IMG/VR virus record: IMGVR_UViG_3300045988_131144
Location: 1 to 64,000 of that record
Direction: 5' to 3' (one strand)
DNA from: a virus
Length of the DNA stretch: 64,000 nt
Position 1 is the first letter of the stretch, and the number at the start of each line of letters is the position of its first letter. The translations under genes and the position numbers were made by a program. Positions 25,178 to 34,353 of this stretch are shown here, piece by piece. The notes under the pieces are model-generated. The model saw only the letters and a list, made by a program, of their open reading frames with translations, was not told the origin of the DNA and ran no database searches.

Positions 25178-26413
25178 ATGAATGAACTGCTGAAGTTTAA
25201 CTCTGCCCTCGGCAACCTGACCAGCAAGCCGCTGTCGGGCGACGAGTACGCAGACCTTGTTACCCGCGGTAGGATTCTCGCTCTCGAGAAGGCTGGACGA
25301 GAGAAGAACAGAGCGCTCTCCGCCGCTGGTAAGCCCACGGAGGACTTTGCGTTTGCCTGCAACAGCGCAAAGGCTTTCGAGGAGCAGTGCCGCGAGTGGA
25401 CTGATGACGTACTGTATTTTGCCGCTTCCAAGGCAAATTCCGTTGTCGGCAAGTCTACTGACCGCAATGATCGCAGCACTTTTGCCAATATGTCTCTCGC
25501 CACCGACCCCATCTTCCTCAAGGTCATGGCAACCATCATCGGGGCTACCTACTACCCCGTAACTCCTGCCCTCATTTCCCCGCTGGTGGGTGAAATGGTT
25601 TCCGTGGAGACCACTCCCAAGGGCAAGACCAAGACCATCAACGTGACTTCCAACGCTGTGTTCCAGTACAGAGACACCTCTTGGACTGCTTTGCGCAGCG
25701 TGCCGCAGGATCAGCTCTACGGCAACACTATCACGCTCAACCCCAAGCCTTTTGCCACTCGCGGCGTTATCAACTTCTACCAGATGATTGGCAACGAGGG
25801 CAACCTCGTCGATACCGTCGCCGCAATGGCTGGCGGCTATGCGGCCTACATCATGCAGAAGTTCACTACCGCCTTCACTGAGGTTGCGGGCAACACCAAG
25901 TATGTCCCCTCCGCTCTGAAAGCCACCAGCTACACGAGCAACAACTGGGCGACCGTCTGCCAGAACGTTGCAAAGGCTAACCGTGTTCGCCGCGATCAGC
26001 TCATCGGCTACGGTGATTTCATGGCGCTGCGCAATGTCATCCCCGATACCACCGGGCTTGCCAGCGCGATCATGTACCAGCTCGGCGATCAGTACTTCCG
26101 CAACGGCTACATAACCTCCAAGGATGGCGTGCTTCTCTACGAGATTCAGCCCACCTCCACGCCGGAGTCCATCAACACTACCCTGACCAGCATCTTCCCG
26201 ACCGACATGATCATCATCGCTGCCCGCGCAAACGAGCGCTATGCACCTATGGTCATGTGCTTCGAGGAGGGCGCTGACACTCAGATCACCCTCACTCCGG
26301 GCGAGGACACCATCGCAACCGGCAGAATCGAGCTTCTGCAGGTCGACAGCGTCGATATCGCCCCCGTCCTGGCAAGCCGTATAGGCATCATCTCTGGCGT
26401 CACCAGCGCCTGA
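25178..26413 (+). CDS. putative major capsid protein
   Basis: 411 aa. Strong AAGGAAGGGAGGA SD. Followed by a strong hairpin. Position in the head module. Confidence 0.55.
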   Translation: MNELLKFNSALGNLTSKPLSGDEYADLVTRGRILALEKAGREKNRALSAAGKPTEDFAFACNSAKAFEEQCREWTDDVLYFAASKANSVVGKSTDRNDRSTFANMSLATDPIFLKVMATIIGATYYPVTPALISPLVGEMVSVETTPKGKTKTINVTSNAVFQYRDTSWTALRSVPQDQLYGNTITLNPKPFATRGVINFYQMIGNEGNLVDTVAAMAGGYAAYIMQKFTTAFTEVAGNTKYVPSALKATSYTSNNWATVCQNVAKANRVRRDQLIGYGDFMALRNVIPDTTGLASAIMYQLGDQYFRNGYITSKDGVLLYEIQPTSTPESINTTLTSIFPTDMIIIAARANERYAPMVMCFEEGADTQITLTPGEDTIATGRIELLQVDSVDIAPVLASRIGIISGVTSA

Positions 26414-26424
26414 TAATCCGCAAG

Positions 26425-26451
26425 CAGAGGAGGGACAACCTCCCTCCTCTG
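26425..26451 (+). terminator. strong stem-loop after the capsid gene (attenuator-like, no T-run)
   Basis: CAGAGGAGGGA / TCCCTCCTCTG 11-bp stem. Confidence 0.45.
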
Positions 26452-26480
26452 TCATCTGCCATGAAAGGAGAAATTGAGAG

Positions 26481-27128
26481 ATGGCAATGAGCGAAGAGCA
26501 GAAAAGAAAAATGGCCGAGGGCAGGAAGAAGAAAGCGGCTGAAAAGGCTGCTGAAGCTGCCAAGCCGAAGGAAGCGGAGAAGCCCGTAGAGCCTGTTGTA
26601 CAGGAGGTATATGTCACTCCCAACGAGAAGATGGTGCAGTGCATCTACATTGACAGCGTTATCCCGAACAACGAGATCATCATCGGCAATGGTCGAAAGA
26701 TAAGTGGCAGCGGACGAGTGTTCTCTGTTCCTCTAAGCGAGTTTGAGAGCACGTTCATCACACCGCTGATAGCAAAACTCATCAAAACCCGAAGAATCAT
26801 AGTGCTGGACGGCCTGACCGACGAGCAGAGAAGCCTTTATGACTGCGAGTACGCCGAAAATGAAGTCATCCGCCGCGAGGGTGTTTTTGATTTCTTCTTC
26901 AAGAAAGAGATCCCCGAAGCCGCAGAGATATTCGGCAGCCTGTGCGCGGAGCATCAGGAGCTTGTAGCGGCGCGCTTCATGGATGCCTATCTGAACGATG
27001 GCAGCCCCCTCAAGCGGTATGTAAGCCGTGCCAGAGTCGTAGCGCTCAACAATATATCTAAGGAAAAACACAACGGCGAGGGCATTTTCAAGCCCATGCT
27101 CGAAGCGCTGAATGCAGAAGATGTCTAA
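26481..27128 (+). CDS. hypothetical protein
   Basis: Lys/Ala/Glu-rich N-terminus; head-tail module. Confidence 0.45.
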   Translation: MAMSEEQKRKMAEGRKKKAAEKAAEAAKPKEAEKPVEPVVQEVYVTPNEKMVQCIYIDSVIPNNEIIIGNGRKISGSGRVFSVPLSEFESTFITPLIAKLIKTRRIIVLDGLTDEQRSLYDCEYAENEVIRREGVFDFFFKKEIPEAAEIFGSLCAEHQELVAARFMDAYLNDGSPLKRYVSRARVVALNNISKEKHNGEGIFKPMLEALNAEDV

Positions 27129-27146
27129 TCAGGAGGATGTTCCCAA

Positions 27147-27593
27147 ATGAATGAAGTGGTCATTGCGATACTTGGCGGCAGCGCCGGGGCAGCCATTATA
27201 AATGGCGCATTCAAGCTTATTGAATTAGCGGCAAACAGAAAGGCGCAGAAAGCTGATAAAGCCGAAGCCAAGGCGGACAATGACAAGCTTCAGGATAGCG
27301 ACATCGCAGAAATCAAAGAGGCCATTAAGTCCATCGGAGAGAAAATTAGCGAACTCGAAAAAAAAATCGCGGACGTGATGGCAGGCGAAAAGGAGTCCTT
27401 GGGCGACCGGGTCAAGCATCTGTGTGAGAAGTACGTCGAGCAGGGCTTCGTTTGGATGGATGACCTCGCAGACTTGAAGCGCATGCACGAAGTATACCAC
27501 ACCACCCTCAAAGGGAACGGCTTTTACGACGATGTCATGGCTAAAGTTGGGGACCTCCCAATCAGAGTAAAAGAAAGGAAGATACCAAAATGA
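27147..27593 (+). CDS. hypothetical protein with N-terminal TM segment
   Basis: VVIAILGGSAGAAIINGAF, then coiled-coil. Confidence 0.45.
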   Translation: MNEVVIAILGGSAGAAIINGAFKLIELAANRKAQKADKAEAKADNDKLQDSDIAEIKEAIKSIGEKISELEKKIADVMAGEKESLGDRVKHLCEKYVEQGFVWMDDLADLKRMHEVYHTTLKGNGFYDDVMAKVGDLPIRVKERKIPK

Positions 27594-28021
27594 TAGAAAA
27601 CATGACCAATGCAGCAGTGGAAATTGCTGCCAATCTCATTACCCAGCTTGCGATCATAGCCCTGACCACCGCATTTGCGTGGCTCACGGCCAAGATAGGA
27701 AAGAACAAGCACCTTGAGAACATCAACGCCGCCAAGGATGAGCTGAAAGATGCCGCCATCCAGACCGTAGGTGAACTGAATCAGCTCTTTGTTTCCGCTT
27801 GGAAAGAGACTCAGGGAGGCAAGCTCACGGAAGAGCAGGTTGTAAAACTCGGCGCAGAACTTGTTAATTTGACCCTTAAGAAGATGAGCGGCAGCGCAAT
27901 AAAAGTCCTTGAAGCTGCCAGCATCGACCTTGAGACCTACATACACGGCGCAGCTGAGGACTGGATTGGAACCCTCAAAGGCAACGGCGTAGAGGTTGGC
28001 GTCATCACCGGCATTAAGTAA
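27590..28021 (+). CDS. hypothetical protein with N-terminal TM segment
   Basis: ITQLAIIALTTAFAWLTA. Confidence 0.45.
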   Translation: MIENMTNAAVEIAANLITQLAIIALTTAFAWLTAKIGKNKHLENINAAKDELKDAAIQTVGELNQLFVSAWKETQGGKLTEEQVVKLGAELVNLTLKKMSGSAIKVLEAASIDLETYIHGAAEDWIGTLKGNGVEVGVITGIK

Positions 28022-28052
28022 ATGAATTTTCCGAAAGCGAGGTGAGTTTTGA

Positions 28053-28742
28053 ATGAGCACAGCATGGGAACCAATCGAAACGCAGGCGATGACCTACATA
28101 AAAAACGATTTGTCCCTTGATTGGGACATGAAGAACCGCCTCGCTGTTTTCTACAACCGCATGGCGGCGTACATGGATTGGGCTATTCCCCTTTTCAACC
28201 GTCCGCCTGAAATGCTGCTGAAACTGCGAGACGTTACCGCACCGGATTTTGAGGATGTCGACTACACCCCCACGGCAGAGCAGGAAGCACCCGTGACGAT
28301 ACAAACAGGACTCACCGGCTTCGACATCTGCTCATGCGGACTTATGGGCAAAGATCAGTTTGGAAATGTGACCTACTCCCCTGTTTCCTGTGTTTACTCC
28401 GCTGAGACCGGCGACGTTGTTGTGAACATCGACCTATCCCCGGACGATACATTGTCCATCAACTTTTATAAAAGCGGCGAGTTTGCCGCAGACCTCAGCC
28501 GGACGGAGCAGACCATACTCGCCTATGCGATATACGCGGCGTGGGAGCACCGCTTCGACAACAACGCCATAGAGCGCACATCCAAGATACGCGACAGCTC
28601 TTTCACGACGATAAGCGAGGCTTCACAGACGAACGCCAACACCGCGCGGCAGAAAGAGGTCATGCAGCAGTTCTACGGCATGCTCCGCCACTACGAGGAG
28701 AACAGAAACTACATAGCAACTGTTCTCAGCACAAATCTTTGA
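28053..28742 (+). CDS. hypothetical head-tail connector-region protein
   Basis: Position only. Confidence 0.4.
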   Translation: MSTAWEPIETQAMTYIKNDLSLDWDMKNRLAVFYNRMAAYMDWAIPLFNRPPEMLLKLRDVTAPDFEDVDYTPTAEQEAPVTIQTGLTGFDICSCGLMGKDQFGNVTYSPVSCVYSAETGDVVVNIDLSPDDTLSINFYKSGEFAADLSRTEQTILAYAIYAAWEHRFDNNAIERTSKIRDSSFTTISEASQTNANTARQKEVMQQFYGMLRHYEENRNYIATVLSTNL

Positions 28743-28758
28743 TAAGAGGAGGCGGGGC

Positions 28759-30072
28759 ATGAATCTGAACAAACTGGCGCGAAACGCCGGGATGGTCGGC
28801 GGATGCGACTACGCCCCGCTGACAAACGAGTGGATGCACTCGCAGGGGCTGCAAAAGCAGTATTTCACCCATCCGACGCAGGCTAATGCCGTAGACGTTG
28901 GTGATCTCGCAGACAATGTATTCAACACAGCATGTCAGGGAGTAGATACATCCAAAGACTGGTACGAATACACGCCCATCCAGATCCGCTCGACCTTTGC
29001 ATCTTCCTCCGCCACGGGCGAATTGCAGCCGGACGACTGGCAGCGTATCTATATCATCCAACCCGCAGGACTGACTTATATCCCCATCGGCTCTTACATG
29101 CAATATGCCAACAACTGGTGGATCGTCTACAAGCCCAACAACATGGGGCTTGGAATAGGTCAGGCTGTTGTGCGGCGCTGCAACGCCGTCATTAATGTCC
29201 TCGACTACTACGGCAACGTCATTTCTATCCCCATGAGCTACGCCAAGATGGGCACTCTCGGCAACGCAAGCCATGCAACGGAGAACAGTATCACAGCGAA
29301 GAACTATATCTCCTGCGTGTGTCAGCTCAACAAATACTCCAAGAGCTTTGTTGAGAACACACGGCTCCTGCTGGGCAATATGTCCTACGCAATGCGAGGC
29401 GTGAACAACTTCACGCGCGAATTTACGAACGAAGCCGACAGCGTACATATCATCACATTCACGATAGAGCTGACAGAGCCGCTGCCGCAGGACGACTTTG
29501 AACGCGGAGTAGCTGACGGGCTTGCGTTCAACTGGCAGATCTCCGTGACCGCAGACAAGAGCATGAACGCCGGTTCAACACAAACATTGGCCGTAAAAAG
29601 CATCAGGAACGGCGAGAGCGTTGTTTCTACTGCCGAGAACCCCATTACCTATGTATTTACATCATCTGACACAAACGTGCTCACAGTGGATGAAAACGGG
29701 CTTGTAAAGGCTGTTGGAGAAGGCTCTGCGACAGTAACCGTTACGCTTGCTCAAAATCCGGACGTTGCGCAGACCGTGGACATCACTGTTGCCGCTGTTG
29801 GCGAAGGCTACGTCGCCTTTACCAGCACTCCCCTGACAGCGCTTCACTCTCTTGAAACTGCCGAGATAAGCGCAGTTTGGTTCGAGAACGGTACTGCAAC
29901 AGACGATGTTGTCACTTTCAGTTTTTCGGGAGCTGATGAGGACGCATACAGCGCAGACGTGCGCGGCAATAAGGCAACACTCACCTGCTACGGGCTTTCA
30001 GATAAGCCACTGATAGTGACAGCCACGCGCGAAGACAGTACCGCTCAAATGAGCATAGAACTTTTGGATTGA
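28759..30072 (+). CDS. structural protein with C-terminal bacterial Ig-like (Big_2-type) repeats
   Basis: LTVDENGLVKAVGEGSATVTVTL and a second similar repeat. Confidence 0.5.
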   Translation: MNLNKLARNAGMVGGCDYAPLTNEWMHSQGLQKQYFTHPTQANAVDVGDLADNVFNTACQGVDTSKDWYEYTPIQIRSTFASSSATGELQPDDWQRIYIIQPAGLTYIPIGSYMQYANNWWIVYKPNNMGLGIGQAVVRRCNAVINVLDYYGNVISIPMSYAKMGTLGNASHATENSITAKNYISCVCQLNKYSKSFVENTRLLLGNMSYAMRGVNNFTREFTNEADSVHIITFTIELTEPLPQDDFERGVADGLAFNWQISVTADKSMNAGSTQTLAVKSIRNGESVVSTAENPITYVFTSSDTNVLTVDENGLVKAVGEGSATVTVTLAQNPDVAQTVDITVAAVGEGYVAFTSTPLTALHSLETAEISAVWFENGTATDDVVTFSFSGADEDAYSADVRGNKATLTCYGLSDKPLIVTATREDSTAQMSIELLD

Positions 30073-30083
30073 GGTGAAATCCC

Positions 30084-30368
30084 ATGAAGTACGAATGTAC
30101 CCACGCTCGCGAGGCAGACGGCATCCCTTACATAATCTGTGACCAAGAACCAATGCCCTCCGCCGTGGATAAACAGAATCTGTATCATTCGCTTTGCCCC
30201 TATCAGCGTTTTTGTGGGCAGAAAAGATGCGCAGTGCTGCTCCCTGAATGGGTGCGTTGCAAGAAAAACGCCGCTGATAAGCCGCAGGAGAGCGCAGGGA
30301 AGCCGGTAGTCGCTAAAGCGGGCGCGGATACCCTCGCAAAGAAAAGCGTGCAGAAACGCCGCAAATAA
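30084..30368 (+). CDS. hypothetical Cys-rich protein with basic tail
   Basis: ORF in the operon. Confidence 0.4.
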   Translation: MKYECTHAREADGIPYIICDQEPMPSAVDKQNLYHSLCPYQRFCGQKRCAVLLPEWVRCKKNAADKPQESAGKPVVAKAGADTLAKKSVQKRRK

Positions 30369-30394
30369 GCTTTAACGCCAAAGGAAAAGGAGAA

Positions 30395-30988
30395 ATGACG
30401 ATGGCGATCACGATAACAGAAGAAATGCTGAGAAATGCTGACGACTATCTCAGCTTGGCGCAGAAAGAGGGCATGGCAAAGTATTTTGCCATCGCTTGTG
30501 TTGAGGAAACGAAATCTGTTGGCGGGGATATGCTCCCGCCGCTGCTGAAAGAGCGCTTCGGCTTGAAGCAACAGTACCTTATGGGCGTCCTCGCCCAGCT
30601 TTATCTTCATCAGGATTTTGAAAAGCAGAAAGTTTCGTACATTGATGGCAAAAAGACTGCCGGTGTTCTCGATGCCTGCATGAGCGAGGAAGCCTACGAC
30701 GAGTGGGCGCAGAGCCATGTTTTCTCGCAAATGAACCGCTTTGTGCGCCGCCATGACAACGATCTTTCGGACAAGGCTTATGAAATTATGAACGATTTCA
30801 AGACGTTCTCCATGATGCTTAATGACAGCATACATGCGTTGATAGAGCAGAACAACGACCCTGTGGGGCGTGTAGTGAAAGTTCTGTCCGCGGCTATCAC
30901 GCCGGAGGTCACTCAAGAAATCCTCGCGCAGTTGGAGGAGGTCAAAGGCATGGCAGAGCAGATTCAGGAGGAGAAAGAAAATGCCTGA
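30395..30988 (+). CDS. hypothetical structural-module protein
   Basis: AAGGAGA SD upstream. Confidence 0.45.
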   Translation: MTMAITITEEMLRNADDYLSLAQKEGMAKYFAIACVEETKSVGGDMLPPLLKERFGLKQQYLMGVLAQLYLHQDFEKQKVSYIDGKKTAGVLDACMSEEAYDEWAQSHVFSQMNRFVRRHDNDLSDKAYEIMNDFKTFSMMLNDSIHALIEQNNDPVGRVVKVLSAAITPEVTQEILAQLEEVKGMAEQIQEEKENA

Positions 30989-31643
30989 CTGGATAGGCGC
31001 GCTGCCCTCCACAGATAGTCCCTACTACCCCTATACGAAGGTTGTAGCGGGCAACACGATGGAAGGAGCCGAAGAGATCCCGTACAGGTTGATGAAATAC
31101 CTGATGGACTTGCCGTCGCGCGGCTATACGCCGCCCTCTGATAACAGTTTTCCGAGGGCGAGGCTCAAGAAGCTTCTGTATTGGGACGGCGCAAAGCCGC
31201 TTGAACAGCCGCTTCCGACGCCGCAGCAAATCAAGGCGATTCAATTTGACCCACTGCACCCAGCAGACCCTCCTGATGCAGAACGCGGATACAGAATCTT
31301 CCCACAGGAACTCGTCAGGCAGAGTCAGGATACGGCGCAGAGCGTTTTGAGAATCTATCTCGGCCCCGCAAACCGCATCCAACAGAAAAACACCTACGTT
31401 TTTCGACAGACCATCATCTATTGCATCATGTGCAACTACGGCATTGAAGCAAACATGCAGGTGATGGGAAATTCAAGGTCTTACGCCATAGTACAGGCGA
31501 TTCTTGAAGCCACTGAAGGTGTGAACTTCGGCGGGGTCGGCTCGCTGAACACCTACCAGATCACGAAGTTCGACGATGAGCGTGTGAACACCGGCTACAA
31601 GATTTATCAGTACATCGACTGGAACGGCGATGACAACATCTAA
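30981..31643 (+). CDS. hypothetical structural-module protein
   Basis: Overlapping start. Confidence 0.45.
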   Translation: MPDWIGALPSTDSPYYPYTKVVAGNTMEGAEEIPYRLMKYLMDLPSRGYTPPSDNSFPRARLKKLLYWDGAKPLEQPLPTPQQIKAIQFDPLHPADPPDAERGYRIFPQELVRQSQDTAQSVLRIYLGPANRIQQKNTYVFRQTIIYCIMCNYGIEANMQVMGNSRSYAIVQAILEATEGVNFGGVGSLNTYQITKFDDERVNTGYKIYQYIDWNGDDNI

Positions 31644-31667
31644 AGGCATACACGCCGAGGAGAAAAT

Positions 31668-32465
31668 ATGCAAGGCGTTAATAAATATGCAAATGAAGTC
31701 CGAGAAAACAAAGAAATCGAGTTTAACGGACTGACATTTTACCCGCTGACGGTGCGCGACTTTCCCCTGTATCGAAGCGCAGCCGCCGCATTTGAACTTA
31801 TGCAATCCTCATTGCCGCCAAAGTTTGCCCGCCTGTCATGGTGTCAGTGCCTTGACGAAATGGACAAGCTCGGCAACGGCAGTCCTTTCTTGGAACCAGT
31901 TCTCAATGTTGTAGCAAAAGCGTTGAGGCTCGAAAGAATCAAACTGCCTGACGGCGCATACGGGTATCAGCTTTCCACCCTGCGGAAAGAGGGCACTCTT
32001 ATGGGAATTTACATCAGGGAGCACGAAACTGTTCTGACCATCCAGATGATGGATGAGGTACGGCAGATAATTGCCGCCCAAAACGACTATCAGCTTCCGG
32101 ACGAAAAATGGAACCCGGAACTGGTCGCGGCAGAGCAGTACCTAAACAGCCAAAATATGCCGAAGCTCGATATTGAGATCGAGGCGTGGGTCTATTCCGT
32201 AGCCGCGAATGTGGGAAAAGATGCGGACGAGCTATGGGATTGGCCGATACGCAAATTCAGAGGATTTGACAGAGCAATCGACAGAACCCTCGGTTACCAA
32301 ATCTACACGTTGGCTCAAGCGGTCGGGCTCACGAAGTTTGAAAAAGGCGCGCCTTATCCGACGTGGAAATTCGACAGGATTTCGGAGCTGCCTGCCGGAT
32401 TCAAGACACTGACACAGCTCGAAGCCAAGGCAAAGGGGCAACTCCCTGAGCCGATGTCACAATAA
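31668..32465 (+). CDS. hypothetical structural-module protein
   Basis: GAGGAGAA SD upstream. Confidence 0.45.
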   Translation: MQGVNKYANEVRENKEIEFNGLTFYPLTVRDFPLYRSAAAAFELMQSSLPPKFARLSWCQCLDEMDKLGNGSPFLEPVLNVVAKALRLERIKLPDGAYGYQLSTLRKEGTLMGIYIREHETVLTIQMMDEVRQIIAAQNDYQLPDEKWNPELVAAEQYLNSQNMPKLDIEIEAWVYSVAANVGKDADELWDWPIRKFRGFDRAIDRTLGYQIYTLAQAVGLTKFEKGAPYPTWKFDRISELPAGFKTLTQLEAKAKGQLPEPMSQ

Positions 32466-32481
32466 CAAGGAGTGATACATA

Positions 32482-33606
32482 ATGTATTCTTTCAACCCTC
32501 AGTATGAGTTTTCCAAGGGAATCGTGTACTTTGAGGCGTTCGATGTCGCTACCGACGATCTTGTCGGCTTCTCCAAGTACGTAACCGACTTTTCTCCCGC
32601 GGGCAGCATGAATGACGGCGCAGTTGAAGGCGGCCCCGGCAACATGCTTATCATCAACATTCCCGACACCTCCCGTCTGACCTTCACGGCCAAGACCGCC
32701 GATTCCGCGCTGAACAACATGGCGCTGACTATCGGCCAGAGCCTGACCGGCAACGGCGTCGTTGAGACCTCGAGGCCCGTTGTAGCAAGCGGTGCGGCGC
32801 TGACCATAACCGGTGCTGTGGCTCCCCTTGGCGGTCAGAACGGAGCTGTGGCCTACATTCTCGGCTCTACCGGCAATGACAAGGACACGGTGGCAGCAAA
32901 CAGCGGCAAGGCTTACAAGGTTGGCAGCGACGGTACCATTCAGGGATTCACCGCTGTTTCCGGCAACACCTACTGCGTGAAGTATTTCGTGCAGAACAGC
33001 TCCGCCCTGCAGCTCGCAGTTCCTGCGCTGTTCCAGCCGAAAGTCGTCCGCGTTCACTTTGCGGTCAACATTTACGCCAAGAACGGCGGCGGCGATGCGA
33101 AGAACTCTTCCCTCTTCAAGATTCGCCACTACTACATCCCCTACTACTTCTTCACCGGCGCACTGTCCGACACCATCAACCAGACCACTCCTGGTTCTGT
33201 TGACCTGTCCGGCAACTGCCTGACCGCTGATGAAGTCGGCACCGATGTCTGCGCAAGCAACGCCATGCCAAACTACTGCTACATCGTTGACGAGTTCGTC
33301 TCCGGAACTTCCACCGGTTCCGTCGAGGGCATCTACTTCGTCGGCGCTGGCGCAGGTGTCTCTGTGGCAAACGGCGAGACCACCGAGCTTGTCGCCAAGT
33401 ACGACGTTGCCGGTACGCTCACCAACATCTCTGACATGAGCGAGGTCACCTTCTCTACCGCAGCAGAGGCAACTGCGAAGTTCAACGACCCGCACTCTCC
33501 TGTGCTGACCGGCGTAGTTGCTGGCACTACCACGGCCACTGTCACCGTGACCAACAGCATTTCCAAGGTGACTTACACCGACACCATCCCCGTAACCGTC
33601 ACCTAA
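32482..33606 (+). CDS. putative major tail protein with C-terminal Ig-like domain
   Basis: Lies upstream of the tape measure. C-terminal VLTGVVAGTTTATVTVTN. Followed by a hairpin. Confidence 0.45.
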   Translation: MYSFNPQYEFSKGIVYFEAFDVATDDLVGFSKYVTDFSPAGSMNDGAVEGGPGNMLIINIPDTSRLTFTAKTADSALNNMALTIGQSLTGNGVVETSRPVVASGAALTITGAVAPLGGQNGAVAYILGSTGNDKDTVAANSGKAYKVGSDGTIQGFTAVSGNTYCVKYFVQNSSALQLAVPALFQPKVVRVHFAVNIYAKNGGGDAKNSSLFKIRHYYIPYYFFTGALSDTINQTTPGSVDLSGNCLTADEVGTDVCASNAMPNYCYIVDEFVSGTSTGSVEGIYFVGAGAGVSVANGETTELVAKYDVAGTLTNISDMSEVTFSTAAEATAKFNDPHSPVLTGVVAGTTTATVTVTNSISKVTYTDTIPVTVT

Positions 33607-33615
33607 ACCAAAACA

Positions 33616-33641
33616 AAGCCCCCGGCGCAAGTCGGGGGCTT
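33616..33641 (+). terminator. stem-loop after the tail-tube-like gene
   Basis: AAGCCCCCG / CGGGGGCTT stem. Confidence 0.45.
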
Positions 33642-33701
33642 ATCCAAGACAGATGAATGATTCTTTCAACAAGGGCTTATTCCTGTGTTTTGGAGGGCAA
33701 T

Positions 33702-34130
33702 ATGAGCGTCTTACAAGATTATTTGCAGATTCGCGGATTGATAGATTCGGCCATTGAAAATGCACTAAGAGACAGCGTTGCTGATGGGCTAAAAGAAGCA
33801 ATACAGAAAAAGGCAAAAGAAAATGTCTACAGCTACCCCGCGTCTCCCTCCGCAATGTACAAGCGGCGCGAAGAAAATGGAGGCCTCATTGATGACACGA
33901 CCATGCTGACCACCGTCGATGGATTGACACTGACACTGGAAAACACAGCAGAGCCGCAGAACGCCGACGGCATTGATCTCACCCCAATCGTCGAGGAGGG
34001 CGATCCTGCTTGGCATCAGCCCTTTGCTCGTCCCTTTATGGATGAAGCGCGAGACGAATACGTGGACGATGGAAAAGCCGACAGCGACATTGCAAAAGAA
34101 CTAAAAGCTATGGGATTTACGGTTTCTTAG
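33702..34130 (+). CDS. hypothetical tail-module protein
   Basis: ORF 33657..34130 trimmed to the Met behind GGAGGG. Confidence 0.45.
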   Translation: MSVLQDYLQIRGLIDSAIENALRDSVADGLKEAIQKKAKENVYSYPASPSAMYKRREENGGLIDDTTMLTTVDGLTLTLENTAEPQNADGIDLTPIVEEGDPAWHQPFARPFMDEARDEYVDDGKADSDIAKELKAMGFTVS

Positions 34131-34284
34131 GCGGATTTGCAGGCTTTGGAGAGGATTTTTTCTTGGCTTTTGAGGACTTATCAGTTCGCAGCATGGCAGC
34201 AAGCGCCCACTGCTGGCCGAGAGACATACCTCCTTGACCTTGTGCGAAGGCTTGAGCAGCCATCTGGGATTCATCCCAATTCAT
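34117..34284 (-). CDS. 55-aa antisense moron-like ORF (Gln/Ala-rich, Lys/Pro-rich tail)
   Basis: MNWDESQMAAQAFAQGQGGMSLGQQWALAAMLRTDKSSKAKKKSSPKPANPPKKP. GGGAG SD, and a consensus promoter just upstream on the same strand. Confidence 0.45.
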   Translation of the reverse strand: MNWDESQMAAQAFAQGQGGMSLGQQWALAAMLRTDKSSKAKKKSSPKPANPPKKP

Positions 34285-34307
34285 GATATCAACTCCCTTC
34301 TATATAG

Positions 34308-34336
34308 ATTATACACTATGCGCCGTTATGTTGCAA
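34308..34336 (-). promoter_or_regulatory. consensus sigma-A promoter on the antisense strand, just upstream of the tape-measure start
   Basis: Minus strand TTGCAA, 17 nt, TATAAT. Confidence 0.6.
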
Positions 34337-34353
34337 GCGGAGGTTAACACTGA

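Noticed and set aside
24201-26644. Long minus-strand ORFs (24201..25178 at 325 aa, 25112..26644 at 510 aa) opposite the head genes
   Set aside because: These are shadow ORFs of GC-rich coding DNA. Their products are low-complexity (Gly/Ala/Arg/Val-rich), they have no SD, and they fully overlap well-supported plus-strand genes.
32401-33630. 409-aa minus-strand ORF opposite the major-tail-like gene
   Set aside because: Shadow ORF with the same low-complexity Gly/Val/Ala/Arg composition. It overlaps a coherent plus-strand gene with an SD.
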